The position numbers were made by a program, and so were the translations under genes. Under the pieces are notes generated by a model that searched no databases, was not told the DNA's origin, and saw only the letters and a list, made by a program, of their open reading frames with translations. Below are positions 43,875 through 54,086 of a stretch of DNA of 64,000 nucleotides, piece by piece. The first letter of the stretch is position 1. Every line of letters starts with the position of its first letter. Source of the DNA: Candidatus Saccharimonadales bacterium (GTDB lineage: Bacteria > Patescibacteriota > Saccharimonadia > Saccharimonadales > JACQNP01); assembly GCA_038257245.1 (NCBI GenBank), contig JBBSJL010000002.1, positions 5,588 to 69,587 of the forward strand, read 5' to 3'.

Positions 43875-44639
43875 ATGGAAAACATGCCCTACACTGAACC
43901 ACCATTTGAAAACGATATTCAAGCAGCTTTGTCATTGGTTGCAGAAATAGCCAAGCCTTTTATGGAGCCACCACTTTCATATCATAAATGGGAACACATC
44001 GAATACAGTTTTAACTATGCTATGAAAAAGTGCGATGAATATGAAAAGGCAGATAAGCCCGTTGATAGGCTAATGGTGGGGTGCGCGATACTTCTTCATG
44101 ACGCTAAAATTAGTCACGAATTGCCGCCCGAGTTTAACACCGCAGAAGATTATTCAGCACACATTGCAAAGCAAGAATTAACGAGATTTGGCTTTAGTGA
44201 TGCATTTTTGGAAGGAGTTGAAAACTGCATTAAGGCTACGAATTATGACGCGACTCCAGAAACAGACGAAGAAAAGTTAACTTGCATGGCAGATATTGCT
44301 AATATTTTTGATAAATACGAAGTTTTTGTATGGAATGCTTTCGCACTTATGAAAGAGCTGATGGAAACAACCAATAAAGTAGGTACTCTTAGGGAATTCC
44401 GAGGCCTATCCAGGGACGTAGTAAGCAGCTACCTCTTTAAAGATCTGGTAATTGTGCCAAGTATTGATAGAGACATTACTGGTATGCCGATATATGAAGC
44501 CTCTGGTATGAAAAATCTAAATCGCTTCATGCGGGCTAGTAGCATACAGATAAAAGCTACACTATTAAGTATCGGGGGAACGGCAGCAAATGGTTTTCTT
44601 GAATTAGTACCTGAACCGGTAAAACGCGCAAAACTCTAG
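43875..44639 (+). CDS. HD-domain-like hypothetical phosphohydrolase
   Basis: ORF 43791..44639. An H...HD pattern (KWEH...ILLHDAK) is present. Start ATG 43875 (MENMPY) avoids overlap with galU and follows TTGCTG-16-TACAAT. Confidence 0.45.
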   Translation: MENMPYTEPPFENDIQAALSLVAEIAKPFMEPPLSYHKWEHIEYSFNYAMKKCDEYEKADKPVDRLMVGCAILLHDAKISHELPPEFNTAEDYSAHIAKQELTRFGFSDAFLEGVENCIKATNYDATPETDEEKLTCMADIANIFDKYEVFVWNAFALMKELMETTNKVGTLREFRGLSRDVVSSYLFKDLVIVPSIDRDITGMPIYEASGMKNLNRFMRASSIQIKATLLSIGGTAANGFLELVPEPVKRAKL

Positions 44640-46087
44640 TTTATAATATGTTTCTTGATCATTTCTTGTGCGATAGCTGGGTTTGCCTTACCATGGGAGG
44701 CTTTCATAATTTGACCAACCAAAAAACCTATTGCCTTCATTTCGCCATTTTTTACATCCTGAGCTGCCTCGGGATTATCTTTGATTACTTGTTCTACAAT
44801 TTTTTCTAATTCTGACGAGTCTGAAATCTGCAGAACATTCTTATCTTGAGCAATTTTGTCTGGTTTACCGCCAATTTTTACTAATTCATTTAGGATAATC
44901 TTAGCGCCTGTGGAACTAACTATATTTTCAGCTGCCATTTCGGCTAGCTCAATAAATGAGTCAATTTCTAATTTTGCTTTGTCCCATGTTAATTCATCAT
45001 TAGCAACCAATGCTTGCACGTCTACTGTTAACCATCCAGCAATACGTTTAGCATTTTCAACGGTTGTTTTATCTATAAGTTCAAACATAAATTTGCCGGC
45101 TATAATTTCGTCTACCAAAGTGTCTCTGGCAGAATCATCGATGCCTAACTTGGCTAATTTATCTCTTAGAATACTCGGCATTATTGGCATTGCTTTTTCT
45201 ACAGAGCTAATATATTTATCGTCTAAAAGTATCGGTGGTATGTCTGGATCAGGGAAATATCTATAATCATGAGCGTCTTCTTTGCTTCTTTGGCTTATTG
45301 TTTTTTGCTTTGCGTCGTCCCAACCGCGGGTTTCTTGCACAATTTCTTGACCTTTTTCTAATAACTCGACCTGTCGTTTAACTTCATAATCAACGGCTTT
45401 TTCTACACTACGGAAACTATTTATGTTCTTTATTTCGGCTCGGGTTCCTAGTTTATCGGTCTTACTGACGGAGATATTTACATCGAATCGCATATTTCCG
45501 TAATAAAGGTTAGCTTCACTAACATCTGCATAGCGCATCAAAACATGGAGTTCTTTTGCAAAAGCCTTAGCTTCTTCGGCAGAATGCATTTCTGGCTCAC
45601 TAACAATCTCAAGTAGAGGGGTGCCTGCTCGGTTGAGATCTACTAGACTGTAGTTTTTTCCTACGGGGTGAGTACTTTTACCTGCATCCTCTTCTAGATG
45701 AGCCCGGGTTAGATTAATCTTACTTTCTTTACCACCTACGTTTACCAATACAAATCCACCCAGAATAATTGGTTCATCAAACTGTGATATCTGATAACCT
45801 TTTGGTAAATCAGGATAGAAATAGTGCTTTCGGTCAAATTTACTGAATTTTTGGGGTGTGGTATTTAATGCAAAAGCTGCTTTGGATGCTAAATGAACTG
45901 CTTCTTCATTCAAAACAGGCAAAGCACCAGGCATCCCTAAACATATGTGACTTATGAGTGTATTAGGCTCGGCCTCTTTAGCATCGTTTTCTACTGCGGC
46001 AAATAGCTTCGTTTTAGTCTTCAACTGGACGTGACACTCTATACCGATAGTTGGTGTGTACTTATTAATAACGTCCTTACTGATCAT
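44636..46087 (-). CDS. gatB: Asp/Glu-tRNA(Asn/Gln) amidotransferase subunit B
   Basis: 483 aa with GatB blocks (GIECHVQL, GMPGALPVLN, DLNRAGTPLLEIV) and a YqeY-like tail. Confidence 0.95.
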   Translation of the reverse strand: MISKDVINKYTPTIGIECHVQLKTKTKLFAAVENDAKEAEPNTLISHICLGMPGALPVLNEEAVHLASKAAFALNTTPQKFSKFDRKHYFYPDLPKGYQISQFDEPIILGGFVLVNVGGKESKINLTRAHLEEDAGKSTHPVGKNYSLVDLNRAGTPLLEIVSEPEMHSAEEAKAFAKELHVLMRYADVSEANLYYGNMRFDVNISVSKTDKLGTRAEIKNINSFRSVEKAVDYEVKRQVELLEKGQEIVQETRGWDDAKQKTISQRSKEDAHDYRYFPDPDIPPILLDDKYISSVEKAMPIMPSILRDKLAKLGIDDSARDTLVDEIIAGKFMFELIDKTTVENAKRIAGWLTVDVQALVANDELTWDKAKLEIDSFIELAEMAAENIVSSTGAKIILNELVKIGGKPDKIAQDKNVLQISDSSELEKIVEQVIKDNPEAAQDVKNGEMKAIGFLVGQIMKASHGKANPAIAQEMIKKHIIN

Positions 46088-46497
46088 TGTTGTAAAGCCC
46101 CAATATCTCGCAAGGCTTGTCTATAGGCCATTAAAGCGTCTTTAATATCTTCTTCCTTAATACGCTTTACCTCCCCAGCCATGACTTTTTTGTAAAGATT
46201 ATGTGCGAACCAGACACCGTCATTGTCACTAAAAACTTTCTGGGCAGAAACCATCATCTCGCCCATGGTTTTACCTTTGTACTTTCTTTTTTTAAGCGCT
46301 TTTTCTAAAAGCTTTTCTGCTTCACTCAGGGCCTCGGGCCATTTGGATTTATCCTTACAGTAGGACTGTAGTTTTTTCCACTTGTCAGTATACTTGTCTA
46401 CTTTGAGTTTTTTTGGAATTTTTTTGTTTGCCACATAAAGCAAAATCAAAAATCCTACTGCTGCAACAACTACTATTATCAATAATTCTACTGTCAT
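46084..46497 (-). CDS. Hypothetical single-pass membrane protein embedded in the gatCAB operon
   Basis: 137 aa with an N-terminal TM helix and a lysine-rich helical domain. It has 4-nt overlaps with both gatA (46494..46497) and gatB (46084..46087). Confidence 0.5.
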   Translation of the reverse strand: MTVELLIIVVVAAVGFLILLYVANKKIPKKLKVDKYTDKWKKLQSYCKDKSKWPEALSEAEKLLEKALKKRKYKGKTMGEMMVSAQKVFSDNDGVWFAHNLYKKVMAGEVKRIKEEDIKDALMAYRQALRDIGALQQ

Positions 46498-47918
46498 CTT
46501 ATTGTTTCCATAACCCCTTCTGAAAATCCTAATAATTTATTGTCGTGCTTCTGCTGTGCCACTATTTGCATGCCTACTGGCAGACTGTCAACCATGGCAA
46601 TTGGGATGCTAATAGCCGGTGTACCAACTAGACTTGGCCCTACTGTCAATACATCTGCCAGATACATCTCAAGTGGGTCTTCGGCTTTATGCCCAATATT
46701 GAATGCAGTGGTTGGCGCGGTCGGTCCGACTAGAAAATCAACATTTTCAAACGCCTGATTGAACTCTTCTATTAATTTTGTCCTGACCTGTTGGGCTTTA
46801 TGGTAATAGTCATCGTAGTAGCCACTGCTCAGCACATACGTGCCCATCATTATTCTACGCTTTGCTTCTTTGCCAAAACCTTCACTTCGCGACCAGTTAT
46901 AGCTATCTTCAAGTGTTTTGGCATCTGCTTTTGAGTAGCCATACCTTTGACCATCGTATCGACTAAGGTTACTACTTACCTCTGCTGGCATAACTATGTA
47001 GTAACAAGCCAACGCCAGTGGCAATGAAGGTAGGCTGACTTCTACCACTTCAACCCCGCTTTCCTTCAGCTTTTCTACAGTGTTTAGAACAGCGCGTTTA
47101 ACGTCCAAGTCAATACCGTCCCCTAAGTATTCCTTAACCAATCCGACTTTCTTGCCCTTAACAGTTTTGTCTAGATCAGCGTAGCTCGTTTTATCTCGCT
47201 CAATTGTCGTACCATCCAAGGGGTCTCTGCCTGCCATACAATCCAGAACTAATGCTGCATCTTGTACGGTCATTGTAATTGGGCCAATTGTGTCTGTACT
47301 ACTAGCCATGGCAACAACCCCAGACCTCGAAACAACACCATATGTTGGTTTATAGCCGACAACCCCTGTAAAAGATGCAGGCTGTCTTATTGAGCCTCCA
47401 GTGTCAGTCCCTAACGCGAACGGTACCATTTCTAACATTACTGCCGTAGCAGATCCGCCTGATGAGCCACCAGGAACTTTTGTTATATCGTGTGGGTTTT
47501 TGGTGACCATGTAGTCACTATTTTCCGTACTGGATCCATGGGCAAAAGCATCTAGATTTGCTTTGGCAACACATATGGCGCCTTCAGACTCTAGTTTATC
47601 GATTACTGTTGACTGATAAGGTGTATTAAACCCTTTCAATATATTACTTGCAGCTGTGGTCTCAGACCCAAATGTAAGAAAATTGTCTTTGGCGATAAAC
47701 GGTATACCAGCTAATCGGCCGACTTTTTCGCCTGTTTTTACTTTACTATCAATTTCTTTTGCTCTTTTCTGTGCTCTTTCTGGAATTGTGGCAATAATTG
47801 CATCAAATTCTTTATGCTTTTCGATCAGTTTCAGTGATTTTTCTACCAAATCAGCAGATTTGACCCTGCCTGACTGAACTTCTTTAGCAATAGTAGCAAG
47901 ATCTTTCCACTCTGACAT
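46494..47918 (-). CDS. gatA: Glutamyl-tRNA(Gln) amidotransferase subunit A
   Basis: 474 aa with the amidase signature (GGSSGGSA, GTDTGGSIRQPA). Confidence 0.95.
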   Translation of the reverse strand: MSEWKDLATIAKEVQSGRVKSADLVEKSLKLIEKHKEFDAIIATIPERAQKRAKEIDSKVKTGEKVGRLAGIPFIAKDNFLTFGSETTAASNILKGFNTPYQSTVIDKLESEGAICVAKANLDAFAHGSSTENSDYMVTKNPHDITKVPGGSSGGSATAVMLEMVPFALGTDTGGSIRQPASFTGVVGYKPTYGVVSRSGVVAMASSTDTIGPITMTVQDAALVLDCMAGRDPLDGTTIERDKTSYADLDKTVKGKKVGLVKEYLGDGIDLDVKRAVLNTVEKLKESGVEVVEVSLPSLPLALACYYIVMPAEVSSNLSRYDGQRYGYSKADAKTLEDSYNWSRSEGFGKEAKRRIMMGTYVLSSGYYDDYYHKAQQVRTKLIEEFNQAFENVDFLVGPTAPTTAFNIGHKAEDPLEMYLADVLTVGPSLVGTPAISIPIAMVDSLPVGMQIVAQQKHDNKLLGFSEGVMETIR

Positions 47919-47920
47919 AA

Positions 47921-48211
47921 CTAGAGCATTCTCCTGACTTTGATTTGGCCAGATTCAGTCTGCGGTACGTTTTTTAGTAGTTCTGTTTGCGTTTGCCTAT
48001 AATCGACAACCTTGTCAGCGCGGGTAGCATTAGTAAGCCCTGTGACCTGATAAGTTGGCTTTAGCTTACCTAAATCCACGTCATGCAACTGTTCAACATA
48101 GCCTAGTATGGTGCTTATTTCATTTTGAAAACCAACAATTTCGTCTTCACTAAGGTGAAGTCGAGCCAAACGAGCCAAATTTAATACTTCTTCGCGTGTT
48201 AGTTTCGCCAT
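47921..48211 (-). CDS. gatC: Asp/Glu-tRNA amidotransferase subunit C
   Basis: 96 aa with a typical GatC N-terminus (VLNLARLARLHLSEDE). It lies directly upstream of gatA. Confidence 0.9.
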   Translation of the reverse strand: MAKLTREEVLNLARLARLHLSEDEIVGFQNEISTILGYVEQLHDVDLGKLKPTYQVTGLTNATRADKVVDYRQTQTELLKNVPQTESGQIKVRRML

Positions 48212-48260
48212 TTACAAACAATTATACACTGCAAGCTGTTCCGGCAAAAATTTGGTGGTT

Positions 48261-48289
48261 TTGACAAAAAGATATATTATAAGTATAAG
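48261..48289 (+). promoter_or_regulatory. Candidate promoter TTGACA-17-TATAAG
   Basis: Consensus -35 (48261..48266), a 17-nt spacer, then TATAAG (48284..48289). It lies 21 nt upstream of the ATG at 48311, with AGGAAA between. Confidence 0.45.
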
Positions 48290-48310
48290 CACTGTAATAG
48301 GAAACAAAAA

Positions 48311-49294
48311 ATGACTATATCGGAAGCTATAAGGGGAATCGAATCGATGATGCCTGGACAACAACACAGGCACCTAGAGCTTGTACCCGATATAACACCC
48401 ACTGACGAAGTGGGTGTTTTTATGTCTACCGAAAAAATACGTAGCGCCGCTTTTATAGCAAAAACCTGCGTTCCTTATACTCTAGAGATTCCAGATCAAG
48501 TGCTAGACCCAACCCCATTAGTTATTATTAATGGTTACGCTGGTAAAAAATTTGGCTACGACAGATTACGATCTCAAGTAGCCCGGCTTGGTAAACCGGC
48601 TATTTCTCTCAATCCTCCCCGGTCACAGGGATTAGTTGCAAGTCTTGACCCTAACGGGTTTATTCATCCTGAAGAACTGCAGAGTCAGGCTGTTTGGGGC
48701 GTAATGCGTGATGTACAAAAACAGCATGATCACGATAAGCGAATTGATATTGCAGAGTTTGACTTAGCTGGCCACTCCATGGGGGGGTTTGTCGCTACAG
48801 CACTTGCAAGACACAAACCCGAATCTGTTAAATCAATAACCTACGTGGAGTCTGTCGGTTTGGAAGATCATAGCCTAGCAGAGTTTAGGCCTCGTGCTGT
48901 ATTGTTCTTTTTGAATGAACTAATTCCCGCCCTTGTGAACAATGATATCCAGATTGACAAGGGAAAGTTACACGCAATCAAGTCAGAGCTACATTATATC
49001 TTTCACAACCCCCTTCGCACCATAGCTGAGGGTGTGGCTGTGGCTAATTGCAATATAAGAGAGGATGTTAGGTACCTTAAGCAAACCCACGGCATCGGTA
49101 CTGCACTCGTGTTAGGGAGCAACGATGAGCTAATTCCTCCTGATGAAACTATTCGATTATCCTCCCATTTATTCGATTATCAGCATATAATTGAGGGTGG
49201 TCATCTGTTGCCAATAACGCAACCAGAGATAGTCGCCGCATCAATTTTTGAGTTGATAGATCGCATGAACAATGCCCGCGAAATTGCCTCTTAA
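48311..49294 (+). CDS. Alpha/beta-fold hydrolase
   Basis: 327 aa with the nucleophile elbow GHSMGG and a C-terminal His region (GGHLLP). Confidence 0.75.
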   Translation: MTISEAIRGIESMMPGQQHRHLELVPDITPTDEVGVFMSTEKIRSAAFIAKTCVPYTLEIPDQVLDPTPLVIINGYAGKKFGYDRLRSQVARLGKPAISLNPPRSQGLVASLDPNGFIHPEELQSQAVWGVMRDVQKQHDHDKRIDIAEFDLAGHSMGGFVATALARHKPESVKSITYVESVGLEDHSLAEFRPRAVLFFLNELIPALVNNDIQIDKGKLHAIKSELHYIFHNPLRTIAEGVAVANCNIREDVRYLKQTHGIGTALVLGSNDELIPPDETIRLSSHLFDYQHIIEGGHLLPITQPEIVAASIFELIDRMNNAREIAS

Positions 49295-49369
49295 GACTTG
49301 TCGATAAAACTCTTTCGTGCCAACTAAAGTTCAATAACCTTAATTGATTATTCCAGAGATATTATTTCT

Positions 49370-51334
49370 CTAGATTTTAGATTTTATGTCGACAATTATG
49401 TCACGCAGTTCGGCGGCTTTTTCAAATTCCAGGTTTGCCGAAGCTAATTCCATTTGTGCCGATAAATCCTTGATCAGATGTTTGTATTCGTCTTTGGGTA
49501 TTTTCTTGAGATCTAGTTTGGCGCGTTTAGCTTCTTCTGGTAGATCTGGACGCATGCCCTTTTCTACGGCTTTGGCTATTCCTGTTGGTGTTATATTGTT
49601 ATCTTTGTTGTATTTTTCCTGAACAACTCTGCGACGATCAGTTTCATCAATTGTACGTTGCATACTACCAGTAATTCTGCCAGCATACATAACTACTCTT
49701 CCTTCTTCATGGCGAGCAGCCCGTCCAACCGTTTGTATCAATGCTTGTACGCTGCGTAAAAAACCTTCTTTATCGGCATCAAGTATCGCTACTAAACTAA
49801 CTTCAGGTAAATCAAGACCTTCCCTCAACAGATTAATTCCTACTACTACATCGTAAACACCCAAGCGTAAGTCTCTTAATATATCCGTCCTGTCTAGCGT
49901 ATCTACATCACTGTGCAAGTACGTAACCTTAATTCCGATGTCTTTAAGGTAATCCGTAAGGTCTTCAGACATGCGTTTGGTTAGAGTAGTTACCAACACC
50001 CTTTGGCGTTTTGCTACTGTTGAGCGAATTTCCGCAATCAAGTCATCGATCTGACCCTCAATAGGACGTACCTCGATAACTGGATCAAGCAAACCGGTAG
50101 GACGAATAACTTGCTGAGAGGGCGCAGAGCTACGCGATAACTCATATTCGGCTGGGGTAGCACTGACATAGATTGTTTGATTGATATGTTTCTCAAACTC
50201 GGTAAATGTCAGTGGCCGGTTGTCTAAAGCACTTGGCAAACGAAACCCGTGTTCTACAAGAACTTCCTTCCTAGCTCTATCTCCGTTATACATACCTCGA
50301 ATTTGCGGCATTGTCATGTGTGATTCATCAACAAACATCAAATAATCATCCGGAAAGTAGTCAAGCAAAGTTGCTGGCTGTTCGCCGGGTTCACGGTTGG
50401 TCAGATAGCGACTGTAGTTTTCGATACCCTTAACAAAACCCGTTTCTTCTAACATTTCTAAATCAAATCTGGTCCGTTGTTGTAATCTTTGGGCTTCTAA
50501 TAGCTTGTCTGTTTTCTTGTAGAATTTTAGTCTTTGGTCTAGCTCAGATTCTATCTGCCCTAATGCGGATTTTAGTTTATCAGCAGGTGTTACGTAGTGG
50601 CTGCTTGGGTAAACCTTTAAACTATCTAATTTTTTGAGAATTTCACCAGTCAAAGGATCTAACTGCGTAATACGCTCTATTTCGTCACCAAACAATTCAA
50701 TTCTATAAGCTAATTCCTCTCCTGCTGGGAAAACATCAATAACATCTCCACGTACTCGAAAAACGCCTCGGTGAAAATCCACATCGTTGCGCTGATATTG
50801 GATGTCGGTCAATTGCCGAAGAAGCTTATCTCTAACCCGCCGCTCACCGGTTCTGACCTTAACAGCCATGTTGTCATAGTCCTCGACTGAACCTATGCCA
50901 TATATACAGCTCACGCTAGCCACGATTATTACATCGCGCCTAGACAGTAGAGAATCCGTGGCGGCATGTCGCATACGATCTATCTCTTCATTGATTTGGC
51001 TATCCTTCTCTATATACGTATCACTTCGTGGAATATAGGCCTCTGGCTGATAATAATCGAAATAGCTGACAAAATAATGTACAGCATTGTCTGGAAAAAA
51101 CCGTTTAAACTCGCTATACAGCTGGGCTGCAAGTGTTTTGTTATGGCTAATTATCAGTGTGGGTTTTTGAGTTTGCTGGATAACGTTGGCCATAGTGAAG
51201 GTTTTACCTGAACCTGTAACACCTAGTAGTGTCTGCTCGTGTTGACCAGACTTAACATTTTCTACTAGATCTTGGATAGCCGAAGGCTGATCTCCGGTTG
51301 GCTTAAAACTACTCGTTAGCTTGAACTTGGTCAT
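49370..51334 (-). CDS. uvrB: Excinuclease ABC subunit B
   Basis: 654 aa with [14 protein letters not shown], helicase motifs and a C-terminal UVR domain. Confidence 0.96.
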   Translation of the reverse strand: MTKFKLTSSFKPTGDQPSAIQDLVENVKSGQHEQTLLGVTGSGKTFTMANVIQQTQKPTLIISHNKTLAAQLYSEFKRFFPDNAVHYFVSYFDYYQPEAYIPRSDTYIEKDSQINEEIDRMRHAATDSLLSRRDVIIVASVSCIYGIGSVEDYDNMAVKVRTGERRVRDKLLRQLTDIQYQRNDVDFHRGVFRVRGDVIDVFPAGEELAYRIELFGDEIERITQLDPLTGEILKKLDSLKVYPSSHYVTPADKLKSALGQIESELDQRLKFYKKTDKLLEAQRLQQRTRFDLEMLEETGFVKGIENYSRYLTNREPGEQPATLLDYFPDDYLMFVDESHMTMPQIRGMYNGDRARKEVLVEHGFRLPSALDNRPLTFTEFEKHINQTIYVSATPAEYELSRSSAPSQQVIRPTGLLDPVIEVRPIEGQIDDLIAEIRSTVAKRQRVLVTTLTKRMSEDLTDYLKDIGIKVTYLHSDVDTLDRTDILRDLRLGVYDVVVGINLLREGLDLPEVSLVAILDADKEGFLRSVQALIQTVGRAARHEEGRVVMYAGRITGSMQRTIDETDRRRVVQEKYNKDNNITPTGIAKAVEKGMRPDLPEEAKRAKLDLKKIPKDEYKHLIKDLSAQMELASANLEFEKAAELRDIIVDIKSKI

Positions 51335-51353
51335 CCTCTAATTGTAGCAAGTT

Positions 51354-51992
51354 TTAACCTTTTCGATCTTTTGACTTTCGAATCGGACGTCCATATTCAT
51401 CACAATCATCGTTCAAATACCAACAAGCCGCTAAAATACTCGTATCAATATCCGAGAATTCCTCTTCTAATCTTTTGACTACCTTAGCGACCAGTTTTTC
51501 AGGATTGTCATCATAAATAACATTCTTTTTATTTACAGCCTCTAGATTTTTCATCAAATATTCTATCATGTCAGCCGTCCCACCACTACCCGTCAAAATC
51601 CCACAAATGGTGTTGCTTTCCAGTGCAGTAGTAAATTCATGCAAACTGCCCATTCGGCCACCAACCGTAATCACAGCATCACTAGACAGGACAAGATAGG
51701 CATCTCTACCAACGTAATTTAAACCAGTATAATTAACAAAATCAAATATACCGATTGGCAGTCTGTACTTATATACATGTTCTTTTAGTGTAGAGGCAGG
51801 TGAAAAACCAATACTAAGACCACCCTCTAGCTTTGCTGCTCTGGCAGCATAATAAGGCAGCCCAACTGTAGCGCCTGTGGTAATAATATGACCTGATTTT
51901 GCTATTGCTGCACCAATTCTTTCAGCCAACTCCTTGTCTGCTTCAACAGTTTTACCAGCAGCTGCACCAGACACACAAATTGAATAATTCAT
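51354..51992 (-). CDS. LOG/TIGR00725-like (SLOG superfamily) Rossmann-fold protein
   Basis: 212 aa. A glycine-rich N-terminal loop (CVSGAAAG) and GGRMGSLHEF resemble the LOG PGGxGTxxE motif. It lies 19 nt upstream of uvrB on the same strand. Confidence 0.6.
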   Translation of the reverse strand: MNYSICVSGAAAGKTVEADKELAERIGAAIAKSGHIITTGATVGLPYYAARAAKLEGGLSIGFSPASTLKEHVYKYRLPIGIFDFVNYTGLNYVGRDAYLVLSSDAVITVGGRMGSLHEFTTALESNTICGILTGSGGTADMIEYLMKNLEAVNKKNVIYDDNPEKLVAKVVKRLEEEFSDIDTSILAACWYLNDDCDEYGRPIRKSKDRKG

Positions 51993-52039
51993 ACTCTTTA
52001 TTTATTTCCTCTTATGTTTATAGTATACACGATCACCAT

Positions 52040-53284
52040 CTACAGCATAATAGGTTCACTCGACTGATGTTCAATCTGTAAATTAACTTGCGATCTTAGG
52101 CCTGAATATCTTAGATACCTCATGAATAATTCGTTCCACAAACTGTCTTTCATATGTCCATTAAAATGATCGCCGTAAGGTGTTTTATTGATATAATTTG
52201 CAGCCATGTCCATTAGATTAAAGCTAATTTGTCTACCGTCCTCTAGAACGCCAACGTAGTCCATATCGTGCCAAAAATGTAGTGCTGGCTCAATTTTGAA
52301 TAATATCTCCTCGGCCTTACGCCAGAACAAATCTTCTGGTTGTAAATGCGGTTCGAAAAATTCAGGATGGTCAGTATTATGTGATCCATAATACTGGTGT
52401 AGAACTCGCCAATGTACATGTTGGCCAGCCATTTGAACATGACGCGCCGGGTCATCAATAATAGTTCTTACAAGAGTGTGGCCAAAGCCAGCCCTGACCT
52501 GATGATGCTTAAAGTAGGTACTGTAAGTTCTAATTTCATTTAAGTAATAAAGAATTCTAGGTATAAGTGCGATGGATATCCCCGTAAGGTCATTAACTGG
52601 TAGTGGCAATATTGCAACTACCCCCATTTCCTTGAGGTGAGTAATGTTTTGGTTATGGCTCCTAGCATAAGTAAGTGACTTTCCACCCCACTTTTTACCA
52701 TCTAATAACAGTAAGTTAGCTTGCCTATTCTCAAAATCTGATGGCTCTAGCCTTATATATTTTTCTATGAATGCCCTTTGCCATTTACCAGTTTCTAAAA
52801 TACGAATTCCTACCATAATTTCATCTATTGATTCACGCTTCAACATTGAATCAATAGATCTGTATCCTAACTGTTTCATAACATTTTTGGGGGGTGTAGC
52901 TTTCAGGAGAGATTTGGCAACGCTGTGTTTAAGTCCCCAGACAGTTTTAGGGATATTTATTGTATCGATCAATTTCTTAATGCGTGGCAGTAAATCTGCT
53001 ACGTCACTAGGATTACTCCCACCCATTCTCTTAACTAAAAATCTGTCGTGAAGCCCTATTAACCCTAGAAGAGCACTATAGAGTTCTTCACCTGTCGTAT
53101 CGTCTGGATCAAGCCCCAAAGCTCGCATACGAGTGTATACTTTTGAGCTTACTTCCGTAGCAAGGCGTATATCAACACTAGGATTGCCACTCGCTGATTC
53201 AAGCTGTTGAACCATGAGAGCAAAAAGTTGATCCGAAACCCCCACCAGTTGGGACAACGATTTAGACATAATTACCTTAAGCAT
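52040..53284 (-). CDS. Hypothetical protein (414 aa), no recognisable family
   Basis: A long intact ORF with a His-rich central region (HVHWRVLHQYYGSHNTDHPEFFEPH). The start is ATG 53284 or ATG 53269. Confidence 0.5.
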   Translation of the reverse strand: MLKVIMSKSLSQLVGVSDQLFALMVQQLESASGNPSVDIRLATEVSSKVYTRMRALGLDPDDTTGEELYSALLGLIGLHDRFLVKRMGGSNPSDVADLLPRIKKLIDTINIPKTVWGLKHSVAKSLLKATPPKNVMKQLGYRSIDSMLKRESIDEIMVGIRILETGKWQRAFIEKYIRLEPSDFENRQANLLLLDGKKWGGKSLTYARSHNQNITHLKEMGVVAILPLPVNDLTGISIALIPRILYYLNEIRTYSTYFKHHQVRAGFGHTLVRTIIDDPARHVQMAGQHVHWRVLHQYYGSHNTDHPEFFEPHLQPEDLFWRKAEEILFKIEPALHFWHDMDYVGVLEDGRQISFNLMDMAANYINKTPYGDHFNGHMKDSLWNELFMRYLRYSGLRSQVNLQIEHQSSEPIML

Positions 53285-53317
53285 ACCACTCTAATGACAT
53301 AAGGGTAAAGCTTATGC

Positions 53318-53346
53318 TTGCTAAATTACTGAGATAGTTTTACATT
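53318..53346 (+). promoter_or_regulatory. Candidate promoter TTGCTA-17-TACATT, 8 nt before the ATG at 53355
   Basis: Hexamers lie at 53318..53323 and 53341..53346. The start codon follows after tagtcaat, with no SD. Confidence 0.35.
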
Positions 53347-53354
53347 TAGTCAAT

Positions 53355-54086
53355 ATGTCAGAAGCAGTAACAGGTAGTGAATTAGTTTTAGTAACTCCAG
53401 GCAAAGAGTATCTTGACCAACTCATGGGCCAAAGACTAAGAGATAGGGCAGATAGAAAAACAGCTTTTCGGAGCAATTTTTCTCCAATTTTAGGTATGAG
53501 CGTGGCTATGGATAACGGCGAGCACCCGCTTCATGCAATTACAAATACTGGGGTTACAGCTTATATGGAATGGACAGATTTTACTGATGGACATGATGCG
53601 AGAGTTGGAGCAGAGCTGCTAGGAGAAGAACCTACTGTTGAAGGCGGTGAAGCTGATCAAAAAGCAGATAAGAGAAAATTTTACTCTCAAATCACTGGAC
53701 TAGCCATGCGTTATTTAATCCAGGATAGAAATTTAAAACAGGGTTTATTAATTGCCGGTAATGGGGTAGTGCAAGGATTTAGAGATATTGAAATGCAAAA
53801 AGCAAGAGATGCTGCAATCGAAGAAGGTATTCCTGCAAATGCACGAAATATTGGCAAATATAAGACAGTGACGAATGGACTTGCCCTTGGTTTGCACACG
53901 CTTGCACCTGCGTTACCTGAAAAGATCCAACCATTAGCAAAAAAAACTGGCAATATACTGCTCGGTGCTGGATCAGCCCTAAGTTTAGCTGGCCTTATCG
54001 ATATGAAACTACATATTTCAAAATCTAAGGGTACCGAAGCTGCAGAAGTAAATAACTGCCCCGACTTCTTTGAACAAATATCTTAG
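53355..54086 (+). CDS. Hypothetical protein (243 aa) with C-terminal Gly/Ala-rich hydrophobic segments
   Basis: Intact ORF with no recognisable catalytic motif. The C-terminal TNGLALGLHTLAPAL and GNILLGAGSALSLAGLI segments look membrane-interacting. Confidence 0.45.
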   Translation: MSEAVTGSELVLVTPGKEYLDQLMGQRLRDRADRKTAFRSNFSPILGMSVAMDNGEHPLHAITNTGVTAYMEWTDFTDGHDARVGAELLGEEPTVEGGEADQKADKRKFYSQITGLAMRYLIQDRNLKQGLLIAGNGVVQGFRDIEMQKARDAAIEEGIPANARNIGKYKTVTNGLALGLHTLAPALPEKIQPLAKKTGNILLGAGSALSLAGLIDMKLHISKSKGTEAAEVNNCPDFFEQIS

